64,000 bases of DNA from Octopus bimaculoides (GCF_001194135.2 NC_068982.1:117766025-117830024); one strand, 5' to 3'; counted from the stretch's first letter, positions 39,623 to 52,923 are shown. Notes: generated from the sequence alone by a model not told the origin. A program made the numbers and translations.

Positions 39623-40149
39623 GTAAATTGCACATAGTAGCTATAATAAAGGTAATGGGGCCGTAACTAAACGTCGCACAAATATGTTGTCTGACGAACA
39701 AACGAATCTGGTAAGCGTTACATTTTGGCATAAACCTTCTGCTTTTGAACAACTAGGGATGTCACTTCTATATTTAAACCTCAGTCCTTTATGTTTTACT
39801 CATTCTGTCATTAACTGTTGTGCGCGATCAAAAAGATTCCCATCGTGATTAAGCTGGATCGATTATAAAACTATCATACATTTAGAATACTTATGAATTG
39901 GTTTGCTACATATTAATGAATAAATGTATTCTTAATGGTGTATATTATATATATTACTGTATAGTCTGTAGATAAATAAAATCTATGTTGTCATTTATGA
40001 GAAACTAACATTAAACTGATCCTGTGATGGTAGTATAGAATCAGGTAGTAAACAGTGCTTAAAATGTTAGGAAAATAAAATATAGAAATATCATTTTCTA
40101 TGATAACAGCCTGACTAACAAGAATCGCTCTTATATATCCTGCTTGCAG

Positions 40150-40228
40150 ACTTGCCAGATTTTTCTCTATAGCGGCTGTTTCCGGCAGAAGGAAATGCTC
40201 AAAGGTTCAGAAGAAGAGAAATCTGAAA
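40150..40228 (+). CDS. Candidate TM-end/juxtamembrane exon TCQIFLYSGCFRQKEMLKGSEEEKSE
   Basis: Branch point ctgactaac ~30 nt upstream, acceptor atatatcctgcttgcag, donor aaa|gtgagt; phase 0-1. Confidence 0.45.
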
Positions 40229-41395
40229 GTGAGTCTACTTAATTATAATATTTCCGATAGTCAGCTTCAGAATATTCTGAGTGGCGAAATATTCGTTATA
40301 GCGATTATGTCTATAAAGTTTTGTTCCACAAAACAGAATATATAGAAATCGAGAAAAAAGAGAATGGTGAATACATATTAAGAAAGAGACATAGATGCAG
40401 GCGAAAGGAACTGAGAAAGCAACATGCTACATTGAGAAAGGAAAGAGGTGCGAAACTTGAGAAGAGAAAGTACAGCTGCAGTTTACTTTGAAAATCACAT
40501 TTATAATGCGTTTTATGTTATGATATTGTCATAACTGTGAAATCTAAATTTCATAGATTATTTGTTTTTTCTGTATTTCTATACTATTCAGTTTTTCATA
40601 TTGGAGGTAAATTGTGGATGACATATTTTTCTATCTCTCAGACATTATTACTCTATTACGTATCACTTAACTCGTGTTAAATTACGTATGCAAAAAGCAG
40701 GTGCGTGGAATAGAATGTGTTTTAGACATCCACATCCGTTATATATAAAGTAAACAGAAAATGGAGAAAAATTGATAAACGACAATTGATTAACATCAAT
40801 TATATCTTTTTAATACAAATAGATTATATCCCATCTAACAACTGTTTCTGCTTCCAATGTTCTACGGTATTGCCATTGAAAATTCTGAAAATAATATTCA
40901 TCATTTTTGGTAACATATCCGATCTGGAACATGGAGATTAATCAGAGTGAGGAAAAATATATAAAGGAAAGGGAAAGAAAAGAAAAGAAAAGAAAAGAAA
41001 AGAAGAAGAGCCTCGAGAAGATGAAAGGCTTAATATATTTAAATCATACCATTTTGCATATGCGTCGCTTCAGAACGTTGAGTAAATGACTAAACTTAAA
41101 TATTAATTGGTGAGTTAATTTTTCTATGAGGGTAACAGGGTGTATAAGTAATAAAAAAATAAAATAAAAAAAGTCACCATAATGGGATAAGCGTTTTGAA
41201 GTAATCATAATAGTTCTTAAAATTATGTTAACAGTACTAATTAATAGTTTATCACAATAAAGTGTCCATCAATTAATTATTTACTTACTGATATGTTGTA
41301 AAGACCAACCACCAATTGCCTGTAATGGGATTGACCAAAGTCCAAATTTCGATATTATTGGTCAGCTGAATTTAAAAACAAAGGGCAAGATATTA

Positions 41396-41790
41396 TAAAT
41401 AAATAAATAAATAAATAAATAAAAGTATGGTAAAGTAGTATATGTTGTAAGTGGCCCAAACACCGCTTAGGACATTGTATATAACAAAAAACATGTAAAG
41501 AAGCACAATGCGAAGGGGTGAACAACGCCAGCACATCCCTATTTGGAAATTGTTAATTAAGGTGGCTAATTAAGGAATGTGAAATTAGTAGACAAAGAGA
41601 GATGTTAATTAGCAGGAAAGGGAATAAGGAGGGAGATAAAGGTGATAACTGCGATTCAAGGGAGACTACAGTTAAGGGGAGGTTACGGTTAAGGTGAGGT
41701 AATGGCTAGGGAAATAACCTACATTTCGAGGATTATAATACAAAATCTAACTTCTGAAATAACATCCACAGTACCCAAGCAGTGGGCTGA
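41396..41790 (-). mobile_element. Possible LINE 3' end with (TTTA)n tail
   Basis: (AAAT)n tract next to a purine-rich segment with LINE 3' UTR character; no clear protein motif. Confidence 0.3.
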
Positions 41791-42270
41791 CAGGACAAAC
41801 AAACGTTAACTGGCTAAACATTCCTTAATACATTCAGCCTACTGCTCATATGAATAAGTATATGTATACATCCCTAAATTACTTAAATGATTACAATTTA
41901 ATTACTTGCTAATGATTATTATTGTTGCAGATGCAGGATCATACTAGTTTGTTCAGTCATACTTAACCTATATTATTATATTATTATTATTACTAACATT
42001 GTCGTTATATCATCCCGTGCACACATATGGAGGCTACCAGAATTGCACTTCTATGCATGCATTAATACAGCTAAGAATAATAATAGTTCATAGGAAAGCG
42101 CCAACTGCAATACAAAGTACAAGCAAATACAAACTAAGAGAGATGAGAAGTTAATATTAAAGTGTTAAATAATTTTTGTTATACGGGTAGGATGTCCAGG
42201 TTTAACACAGGTAATTATACCGATATTTTCATCCGTTAGAGAGTCATTCTGACCGCTAAATCTACAAACC

Positions 42271-42314
<44 letters not shown>

Positions 42315-42589
42315 CACACACACACACATATGTATATATTTATATGCACATACATACAGATGTATATAAATGAAGTGAGAAGACACAAGAATAATCAACT
42401 GTCTTATGTAATGTATTAGATTACATCTGTTTCTCCTACAAAATGAAGTAGAATCATCGTTGGGTGTCTCAGTAACACCTTATTGCTCCATCGTAGTTTC
42501 AAATATGAAGAGCAAGTTTTTAAGGATATACTACTATTTATATGTATATAAAGAAAGGTAGTACCAATGAGACCACATGCATGTGGGGA

Positions 42590-44040
42590 ATGAAATTCAG
42601 GAACTCCTTAACCAACTCTCACACACATTTAAGGCTAATACTAACATCGCCAACTTCTTAGTCTTAAGTCTTCACATCTCAACAGATTTATACAATCATT
42701 ACCACAAGAGAAACGAACACTTGAAGACGTCCACTCAGAGTCCAATTGCCCTATATCCATCATAAAACAAATGGTTAGAAGTGTTTCTATTCAAGTCTCG
42801 AAATTTTCTCGAAATAAACAAATTTTCGAAAATATAGCTGACTGCTACAGTCAGCCGCTGGACAGAATTGGGTATTCTGAGAAGACCCCTTATATGCCGA
42901 ACCCAACACCCTGAACCAGATTAGGATTCTACACTATGAAAATGTGTATTAATCAACTACAAAATCGTCTACACCCAAACGCACAAAGCATTCCTACACA
43001 ACTCCAATTAGCCCTAACCTATCAAGGCTTAACTATATTAGAAACTAAAATAATACTAATTACTCCTCCAATAACACTAGAATTAAAAGAGAAAATTAAA
43101 AAAAAAAATTAAATATGAAAATCACCTTTTATAATCCTCCTTTTAATCTCCAGGTCCAAATAACTACTGAAAGTTCCCTCTTCTCCCCTTAAAACTAACT
43201 TTCCACTGAACCATTAATATCAACATGTTTTAAACAAATATAAAAATTAGGTTCTCTCACTCTACAACATCCAAACTTGCAGATAATACTTCAGCGTGTA
43301 ATAACTGCAAATAATTAATGCAATTACTGAACATACGATACCAAACGGTTATTTTGAGAGAAACACTGCTCATGTCTCTGACCATAATATCCTCTTTGCT
43401 GATCCTTTACCCCGGCCGACTGACTTTGATTCGAAACTAACCGGCTGTTCTAACAACATCCATTCCATTTCATCTAAGATAAAATTTTCGACAGGTGATC
43501 CCAAACAAACGTCTGACACCAACAAACCCAGCACTACTCCTGATGGAGCCTCTACGACCAAAACTGCGAAGAGACATTCGAGTGCCATTTGGATGGAATC
43601 TGTCTCACCAAAAACATTTTTTACATGTGACTGCTCATCACAAGCTCATACAGACCACGGCCAATAATTATAGAAAGCGCTATTACACATACGTTCATTC
43701 ATCTAAAAACCGAAGTGTGTCCATTCTACCTCATTCACCGAGTACACATTGCAGCTGAAAATACAAATAACCCAACACTCACTGCAATGGAACGTAGAGA
43801 ATTACCTAACGGCGTACACGGAAGAAACAAAGTCATGCCAATTATGCACACGGGAAGCAAAACAAATCTTTCTGGCGCAGACACATGTTCTGAACAAACG
43901 AAATGAACTACTAATCAATTGCAACCATATGATTCTCAGAACATTCAGACTGTCTTATAAAACGGATCTAGATTATAGATTAATCGCACTCACCGAAACA
44001 ACATTCTCTGAATGTTTACACGACTACTATATAAGACTTC
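42590..44040 (+). mobile_element. Decayed Penelope-like element, RT thumb plus GIY-YIG endonuclease
   Basis: NFLVLSLHI..YH.KRN, SNCPISIIKQ, KITFYNPPFN, CEETFECHLDGICLTKNIFY, YRKRY, KSCQLCTREAKQI...LNKRNELLINCNH. Confidence 0.85.
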
Positions 44041-44532
44041 CATAATAAACCAACTCAGTTCTCGCTTTCACTGTGTGTCATATTTGAATTTCTCTAACAA
44101 TCCTCTTTGTTACTGGCAGNNNNNNNNNNTTTGTTACTGGCAGTCATATTTCACCATTTCTATATATATGTATATGCATATGCATAACTATACCAAAGTC
44201 TTTTCTCTAGATGTAATGATATATCTCTCAATGTTTGTGTGCATACATATGTATGTATATGGTTGTATCTATCTATGCTTATGTATGCGTGTATGTATAT
44301 ATAGGTGTGTGTGTATGTAGGCGTGGGTATGTGTATAAATTTACATACATCTATGTATGTGTGTATGTACATATTTACATCTGTATGCATGTGTGTATAT
44401 ATCTATATGTATATGCGCTTATATATATATACGTATATATACATACGCATGCTCGCGCGCAAACACACACATATGTATGCAGATATCAGTATTTTAAGTA
44501 TGAAGTCTGAAATATATGACCATTAGCCTTCT

Positions 44533-44625
44533 CAGTGTAGTATCTATCAGCACACAACTTTTATGGTTGTTCTTCTTATTTTTATCAGCACACAACTTTT
44601 ATGGCTGTTCTTCCTATTTTTATCA
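44533..44625. repeat. ~37-bp tandem repeat, about 2.5 copies
   Basis: tatcagcacacaacttttatgg(t/c)tgttcttc(t/c)tattttt repeated. Confidence 0.9.
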
Positions 44626-45079
44626 GAACACAGACAAACACAAACATATGGTTCTCACTTCCCTTCCACAAGTAGTCATTGTGATTAAAAATTGCATCTG
44701 GAAAAGTCTCCAAAAATCATAAAGCATTTTGTATGTTTTATTCTTCTCGTTATTCTTTCTTTCCTCGTTATTTCATCCCTTTCACATTTCTTCGACATCT
44801 CTGATCTTGCAGTGGAGTAAGACGCTACCATCTTTCAGCTACAAGGCCACCCGACCATACTGTTTCAATATATTTGTGGTCAACCTCAGTCGTGGATACT
44901 CATCCGCTAAAGATAACAGTAGTTCCTTCCAGTTCACAATATACGTAAAAATAATGACGGAGTCACTGATTTTGCAACAGATAAATTAGCTAGTTAGAAA
45001 ATCTCTACAAGAGATGAAAGCAGCAACTCTTCTGAGGAATAATACTTATCCTAATCCAAACATTCTGTTCTGTAGGAAA

Positions 45080-45246
45080 CATGCCAATTATGCACACGGG
45101 AAGCAAACCAAATCTTTCTGCCACAGACACAGGTTCTGAACAAACGAAATGAACTACTAATCAATTGCAACCATATGATTCTCAGAACATTCAGACTGTC
45201 TAATAAAACGGATCTAGATTATAGATTAATAGCACTCACCGAAACA
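45080..45246 (+). repeat. 167-bp direct duplicate of 43834-44000 (PLE 3' end)
   Basis: 6 mismatches in 167 bp by manual alignment. Confidence 0.95.
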
Positions 45247-45269
45247 TTTTCTCAGGAGAACGTCTCCTC

Positions 45270-45855
45270 CAGTTGGTTATTCAATGCAATCTGCATCCGA
45301 TATACATATTGTAGGCAGATAATGAACCCCTAGCAACTTCAAGCCGCGCGACTCCCAGACCGTATGCTTTCGAGCACAGTGTCGTCAACCTAGTTATTGG
45401 ACACACGTCCACTAGAGATAGAAGCCAAGTTTAAATGGCGATAACTATTAATAGTTGTCATGGCGATACCTGCTCAGAAGCCTGCTCAAAGATTCGGAAA
45501 GTGTATGAACCGCACACTGGTGTACGAGTGATTCAGAATTTTCCAAGACGGCCGAAAAAATGTCGACATTTACGAACGTTATGGGAGACTCACAACCAAA
45601 AGAACTGAGGAAAACATCGCAGATGAGCGGGCAGCTGTGAGAGGAACTCGTTGAATCACCATCTGTGAGTTATCAGAGGATGTACAGATTAAATACGGTT
45701 CAGTTCAGTCCATCATCACTGAAGATTTGTGTATACGGTGCGTGGCTGCCAACTTTGTGCAAAAACTCCTTTCGTTTGACCCCAAAAAGGCTCGGGTTTC
45801 AGTTGCACAAGATCCCCTATATTGTGTCGAGAACGATGAAAACTTTTTGAAAATT
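45270..45855 (+). mobile_element. Mariner (irritans-like) 5' fragment, truncated by gap
   Basis: FQDGRKNVD...GRLTTKRTEENI...ITICELSEDVQIKYGSVQSIITEDL...VAANFVQKLL...VENDENFLKI (HTH plus WVP-linker equivalent). Confidence 0.85.
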
Positions 45856-46328
45856 NNNNNNNNNNNNNNNNNNNNNNNNNNNNNNNNNNNNNNNNNNNNN
45901 NNNNNNNNNNNNNNNNNNNNNNNNNNNNNNNNNNNNNNNNNNNNNNNNNNNNNNNNNNNNNNNNNNNNNNNNNNNNNNNNNNNNNNNNNNNNNNNNNNNN
46001 NNNNNNNNNNNNNNNNNNNNNNNNNNNNNNNNNNNNNNNNNNNNNNNNNNNNNNNNNNNNNNNNNNNNNNNNNNNNNNNNNNNNNNNNNNNNNNNNNNNN
46101 NNNNNNNNNNNNNNNNNNNNNNNNNNNNNNNNNNNNNNNNNNNNNNNNNNNNNNNNNNNNNNNNNNNNNNNNNNNNNNNNNNNNNNNNNNNNNNNNNNNN
46201 NNNNNNNNNNNNNNNNNNNNNNNNNNNNNNNNNNNNNNNNNNNNNNNNNNNNNNNATATACACACACACAAATATAGATAGATACATATATACATATATA
46301 CCTACATATATATACATATATATGTATG

Positions 46329-46366
<38 letters not shown>

Positions 46367-46885
46367 CGTGTGTGTGTGTGCGCATTTATGTATACTTTTT
46401 AAAATGTTTATAGATTCAATCTTAAATCACTATCATGAATTCTTGTGAATGGTCCTTAATTAGTGTTTCGGATCATCAAATAGATAGATCGAAATTACAA
46501 CTGAATGCAGAATCGTATTATATTCATCAGCGTATCAAAAACGAGGTCATTACGCAGAGACATGCTTGTGTCAGTTTGGGATTGATCACAGTCCTTTGTT
46601 ATTCAAATTGATATCTTCACACAAGTTAAAATTCTAGCCATAAATAGATTCCAAATCATTATTCCAATAAAACTTCTCTAAACAGTTCAATGCTGTATAC
46701 ATTCACCTCCCTTGCTTTGCTTCACACATATGGACAAGTCTGCAATTTTGTCAATAATTCAGATAGAATGAGCTGAGGGACATGGGATATAATAGCACTT
46801 ATAACCTTTCATACAGTATAAAAATGAGGAAGCGAAATGATATGAATTCAACAGGAAATCGAAATCATGCCGTGTGAGTGTTAGA

Positions 46886-47060
46886 GTGGAAAAGTCGTTA
46901 GCACGCTGGTCAAAATACTTAGCGTTATTTCGTCCGTCTTTACCTTCTGAATTCAAATTTCGAAATGGTCGACTATGCCTTTTATACTTTCGTGGTCGCT
47001 AAAATAAGTTTCGGTTAAATTCCGTGGTCGTTGCATGCCACACACCCTCCCACGAAATGT
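46886..47060 (+). mobile_element. SINE, left arm of an inverted pair
   Basis: cgttagcacg...ttatttcgtccgtctttac.ttctgaattcaaat family head. Confidence 0.9.
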
Positions 47061-47094
47061 AGGCAGTTGGCTGCCTAAAAAACATTAAATTCAA

Positions 47095-47300
47095 ATTCTG
47101 GCAGAAGGCCAGCAATTTCCTGGAAGGGAGTGTGCCATGCAACGACCCCAGAATTCAACCGAAACTTATTTTAGCGACCACGAAAATGTAAAAGGCGTAG
47201 TCGACCATTTCGAAATTTGAATTCAGAACGTAAAGACGGACGAAATATCACTAAGCATTTTGACCAACGTGCTAACGATTCTTCCAGCTCGCCGCCTTGA
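47095..47300 (-). mobile_element. SINE, right arm of an inverted pair
   Basis: Reverse complement starts aaggcggcgagctggaagaatcgttagcacg. Confidence 0.92.
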
Positions 47301-48589
47301 TCCCTTTGTGAATAAGGACAAGTGATTAGCCACTCTATGGAATTATAATTGTTCCCATTTCGAGCTTTGCTTTTGTCATCCCTCTCTCTATAAAATATTT
47401 ATCTCTGAGGCACTGCAAAAGATCAAATCTGAACGGTCTTTCATAAACTGTGATATTTATAAAAGAAAGTCGATGGAAATGGGTGTGGGCACGAAACGAG
47501 CTTTAATTGGGGTACATTTGTTACGAAACATTCATGTAATACGAAGTGTTTAAAATAGAGTGAATACAACTTGTTTTGGGAAGTAGGCATATTAGCAACA
47601 TTTTCTTTCACCGGAGATTTCACATTTTGGAATAATAAACCTGTTTTATATAATTTTTGTATCTTCATGGTGTTAAGAAAGTTAATAGAGTTCAAATGTC
47701 TATATTACTGAATTTGTTTATTCACACATCCTTGGCCATTTGTCTGAACAATGAAAACTTCTAGAGAAATAATGATCATATCAATTATCTTACTTTAAGT
47801 AAGTGCAAAATAGATTTAACACACGTTAGGTACATGGTTGTACTGAACTCACCGACAACTAAAAATATCTTACTAATTAAAAGGATAAAAGTGAAAAATC
47901 GGCTAACACATATATATGATGCAGACAAACCCGAATTATTGGTCGAGTCCTCAGATACAAAATTGTCTTTCTGACTTTTTCAGAAATTTTTCAATAAAAT
48001 AAGATGCTGTGAAAACACAAGATATTTCTAGTTTCGAAATTATATGCACTGAATGATTTAGATGGGAGAGAAACACATTCAGTCATTTAAAAGATGCTAG
48101 TTTCATCAGTTTTCGATTTGTGCGTTCGAAACAATAATTAAACCTGAAACTGTATATAATTAATGAATTACGCATCCAACAGCAATTAATAACATATACT
48201 GAAATAGTTCATGAATATAATATATAATTATAACGAAAAACACGAATTAACTTCTCCTTGGGGTGCCTACGATCTTAGAAGAAAACATAACAAACGAGTT
48301 ACCACTTATAATACCTGGCAATAAAATGTTTTTCATATAAACCGAGACGGATGTGGACACGTCTTTAACGCCAAATGGTAAAAAAATATATCAGCTGTCT
48401 TAGATATCGTCGCAGACGTATTTTCAATTTATTTGTAAAGATATTCAGTAGGAATAAATATATAAAAGAATGGAAGTAATGTAGTGACATTAATTATCAA
48501 TGTGGTTTAGCGAATTTGCCTCAGTTTAGTGATATACATATTGCACATACATGTGAGGTGGTGAGCTTGCAAAACTGTTAGGACACCGG

Positions 48590-48765
48590 AGTAATGCTTG
48601 GCTTTATTTCATCCTTCTTCACATTCTGAATTCAGATTTTTCCGAGGATAACTTTGTCATTTATCTTTTCGTAGTCGATAAAATTAGTGACTGGGCCAAT
48701 TTAATCGACTAGCACCCCCCCCCCCCAAAAAAAAACCTCATTGCGTTGTGCCTGAACTTGAAACC
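48590..48765 (+). mobile_element. Octopus SINE, diverged
   Basis: ttctgaattcagatttttccgaggataactttg...gtcgataaaattag...aatcgactagcacccccc. Confidence 0.8.
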
Positions 48766-48820
48766 AATATTACACTCACATGAAGCAGCATATCACTTAT
48801 GTAATATAGTAAATCGAAAA

Positions 48821-49024
48821 AGGCAGCGAGTTGGCAGAAGCGTTAGCACACTGGGCGAAATGCTTTGCGGTATTTCATCACTCTTTACGTTCTGAGTTCA
48901 AATTCCGCTGAGGTAGAGTTTGCCTTTCATCGTTTCAGGGTCGATAAATTAAGTACCAGGATGTCAATCTAATTTACTGGACCCCTCCCCCAAAATTCCG
49001 GTCCTTGTGCATAGAGAAGAAAAG
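48821..49024 (+). mobile_element. Near full-length octopus SINE with 17-18 bp TSD
   Basis: atatagtaaatcgaaaaa at 48804-48821 and 49025-49042. Confidence 0.93.
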
Positions 49025-49080
49025 ATATAGTAAATCGAAAAACTTCAATGAAATGATATTATTCATGCGTTAGATATATA

Positions 49081-50038
49081 TTAGGTCGCCAAATATGAAA
49101 TTTGTAGAGACGAAAAAAAAGTTTGCAAATGTTTTATAAATACAAGGAATAGTGTTAATTCATCAAAGTATGCACCCATATTGTCAATACAGTTTTACTA
49201 TTTCAGCGGTAGGTTGTCCAGTCAAGAATTGCAAAAGCCTGGCAATCTACAGTCAATAAAATCTCGGAAGGCCTGTTTTACAGTATGGTCGGAATTAATT
49301 TTCTTTCCTATCAAGTTATCCAAATCTGCATGAAGTGGTAGTCAGTGGCGGAAAGATCACGTAAGTATTGTAGATGAAGGAGAACTTCCAACTTCAACTC
49401 CTGTAGTTTCACCAACGTCATTTTTGCAATATGTGGTCTGGCGTTGTCTTGCAATAAAATAGGAGTGGATCTGTTGACTAATCTAGGCTGTCTTTTTTGT
49501 AAGTTTTGGCATCATTTAGTCCAGTTGGCTGCAGTATACTTCGACCTTGATTGATCTAATGAAATCATAATGGATCACACCTGTGCCAAACCAGCAAACA
49601 CATACCATCAGCTTCTTTTGATGCATTTTGCTTTTGGATTGTGTTTTGGTGGCTCGTCTTTCTCCAACCATTGTCCCGAACGTTTACGGTTGTTATATTG
49701 GATCCGTTTCTCACAACACGTTACAATTCGATTAAAAAATGATTCATTATTGTGACGAGAAAGTAGCACAGTGCAGACTTCCAAACGTTGCTGTTTCTGA
49801 TTTTCATTGAGTTCATCTGGAACTCACTTATTCAAATTTTCACTTTACCGACTTGAACTAGGTGCGTCAATATTGTTTGCTTGCTAACACCAAAAACTAT
49901 AATTCACGGCCACTTTAAGATGGATCTGATTCGACGGTGGCTTTCAGTTCGTCATTATCCACCTTTGTTTCTGGTCAACTGCGTTAGTCATGTGTGAGGT
50001 CAGAGTTACCAGAACGAAATTTTACAGACCAATTTGAT
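49081..50038 (-). mobile_element. Decayed mariner (Hsmar1/cecropia-like), internally deleted
   Basis: VPDELNENQKQQRLEVC...RIVTCCEKRIQYNNRKRSGQWL...RLVNRSTPILLQDNARPH; TIR-like ends ta|ttaggtcgcc (49081) and about 50038. Confidence 0.88.
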
Positions 50039-51459
50039 AGTGTCTGCTGTGTAATAACATTAGAATGAAATATTCCATTAATATTCCGAGCTGTCTGTAA
50101 TGTTATATTTCCAAGCAAATATTAATATTTCCAAACTGTACGAATTTCCTACTTCTCCATCCCTAAAAACAAATAGCAAGAAACGATTTATAAATACTTT
50201 ATAAAGCGCAAAATGAGTTAGAATAAAGAAATAGACGTGTCAGCTTTCTAACAAAAAATAGATTGTCAAAATATAATAATGACGCAAAATGAGCAGCTGT
50301 CAAGGTTTACCATATACCTTTCTACATATTTCATACTTGACGACCTAATATTTCACATATAGTAAGTTTTTTTCTGTGATACTTCCATGTTAGTTGTGCT
50401 GCCAACTTTTATACTCAGTGTCACTAAATTCCTTTTATTTTTTTATGTACTTTACACTTTTGCGTCATGTTAACTGAGTAGACAATGTTCCCTGAAGTCA
50501 TATACACACGAAACATCCGTAAGTTTCACCAATAAGCGCTGAAGCTATCATTTGTCAATCGTCTTAAATTTTCTGAAATTTCTATTGGCTCTTCTGTTCA
50601 TACACTTTACTGAACTTCATTAATCGTTAATAAGAATGATAATCTGGAAAAGAGAAAGTCCGTGCTTGACTTCTTATGGTCTTTTTATGATTGTTTATCA
50701 CGGACAATTTCAATATTTCACAAAAAATGTTATTCTAAATATTATACACCGAGATGTTAGTAACCTTTGAATATCTAATTAATTCACGTTTAACAGCATT
50801 TTCAGCCCCGGAGTAATTTGTTTGCTTCTCTAATATTCATGCATATCAGAAATGAAAACAGTAACTCTAGGTGACCTTCTGTAAGATTTTGAATAATGTA
50901 ATTACTTAAGAGTGTATATCACTTTTTACCAATGCCGTGTATTTTTCATTAATTTGCACGTAGCTAACAGTTTGCATTGCAAATATTCACTTAAATTAAT
51001 TGAATCCAATAAGAGAAAATGTGGATAGCTTTTATCAGAGTCAGATGATGTATGAATAGACAACTTGGGTATTTCTATCATCATTCTAAAGCTAATAATA
51101 AAACAATTCTCTCAGACACAATTTTAATAAGCTACTGCGTAAATAAGTTAATATAATATTATATATATATATATATATATACAAGACGAATCGGATGTCA
51201 AGAGAACACAGACTGTAATAGTGAACGTGGTAGATTTTAATACTGTTCTTCCATGAAAGTAGATGATATAAAAGCAACGTAAATGTTATTTAAAATGTAT
51301 TATAAATATAATAGCTTATTGTTTTCATTCATCATGTATCATTATTTACTATAGTTAACTCACCAATATAGACAAGTTCGCAATAAATATATGTGTGTGT
51401 ATGTATAGTTCTCTGCTTTTTTCTCTCTCTCTCTCTCTCTGTAATATCTTTACCGTGTA

Positions 51460-51690
51460 CTTGCCTCCTTAGTGGCTCCCCTTCCCTCACATTCACGACA
51501 CTAATCATGCTCTCCGTCACTATAACCTTTTGTCTTTCCCGTCTTGTCATTCTCAACTTACGTTTTCTCGCGATATTAAGTCCTTGTATACGGTAATCGC
51601 ACACAACGAGGACCTTCTTGCGCTTAATTAATTCCTTGACCTTCAGCCACACCCTCAACGTGACAATTCCACACTTCTTCGTACCTCAAC
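51460..51690 (-). mobile_element. RTE-clade LINE apurinic endonuclease fragment
   Basis: WLKVKELIKRKKVLVVCDY (GDFN region) and VNVREGEPL. Confidence 0.45.
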
Positions 51691-51780
51691 GTGACACAGC
51701 ACACATACATAAGTATATAAAAATATATGTCTACTATACACCGTTTTAAACACGTGATTACCTCTGTGTGTGCTTGTAAA

Positions 51781-51858
51781 TGTGTCTGTGTACGTGTGTG
51801 TGTCTGTGTACGTATGTGTGTCTGTGTACGTGTGTGTGTCTGTGTACGTGTGTGTGTG
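51781..51858. repeat. 18-bp minisatellite tgtgtctgtgtacgt(g/a)tg x4
   Basis: Directly visible. Confidence 0.92.
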
Positions 51859-52923
51859 TGAAGTCCTATAACTGTCTGTCTCTTTACTTTTTAGGATCTT
51901 CCCTGTTGCTGTTACATATTCTGAAATTTTAATTTCCAAATTTTGTCATATTGAAATAATTTTCCTCGTTAAATCAGATTTTGTTAATCATCTGTTCCAG
52001 ACAATTTCCAGAAAAATGTTACTAAACTAAAGCTCAGTAACATTTTTCTGGAAGTTTAATCAATTTTACCTAATCAGCAATCAGGATTTGGAAGCTGGCA
52101 TTTTCTGTATGATAGCTGTCTGTCACGAAACGAAAGCAACAACATTAAGAGGAGGATTTTTATTATGTAAACGAAAGCAAAGCATTACGACGGCCGAGGT
52201 TGTAAGACAGTCTGAAGCTTTAATGAAGAAAATCATGTGAAACGGTCGAACAGACATGTAAATAATATAAAGAAAATTCTCAACAAAAATTGCTCAAATC
52301 TGTCCTGATTAAGAGGCCTTTGTGTCGGTAAAGGCGTACTCTGACATGGAATAAATAAAAATTTATATGATACATTCTATTCTGGCAACGACGGCTATTC
52401 AGGTAGTGTATACACACACACACACAAACACACACACACATATATCCATATGAATATCTGCATATACTATTATATATATATATATATATATATNNNNNNN
52501 NNNNNNNNNNNNNNNNNNNNNNNNNNNNNNNNNNNNNNNNNNNNNNNNNNNNNNNNNNNNNNNNNNNNNNNNNNNNNNNNNNNNNNNNNNNNNNNNNNNN
52601 NNNNNNNNNNNNNNNNNNNNNNNNNNNNNNNNNNNNNNNNNNNNNNNNNNNTTGACAGTTAATATTATCGAGGTAACACTCAAGAAAAAAATAAAAATGA
52701 CAATGCAAACGCTACAACACTTCGAGCATTGTCCTTCTTCGAATATTAGAGGAAATTCCAGAAAAATAAGATAAGTAAAAAAAGAGAAGGAGAATGAAAA
52801 AAAAAAACGAAAGAAGGCCAGAAAAGTAAGGAGCAGGTGAATTAGGACACAAAAGTCCGAACTCTTTCATAACCCATACAATTGATCCAGAACAACATTC
52901 AGCTTGGGTAAGTAACGGATATA

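Noticed and set aside
44100-44145. Duplicated tttgttactggcag either side of 10 Ns
   Set aside because: Overlapping contig ends; assembly artefact.
44811-44989. Acceptor with open frames (WSKTLPSF... or GVRRYHLSATRPPDHT...)
   Set aside because: Phase 1 gives an immediate stop, there is no convincing donor, and the DHT resemblance to MAM is too short.
47472-47558. GNGCG...FVTKHSCNTKC Kunitz C-terminal spacing
   Set aside because: Flanked by stops with no splice acceptor.
51895-51960. Acceptor followed by the ITIM-like VTYSEI
   Set aside because: The phase does not fit the model, there is no good donor, and the pyrimidine tract adjoins a simple repeat.
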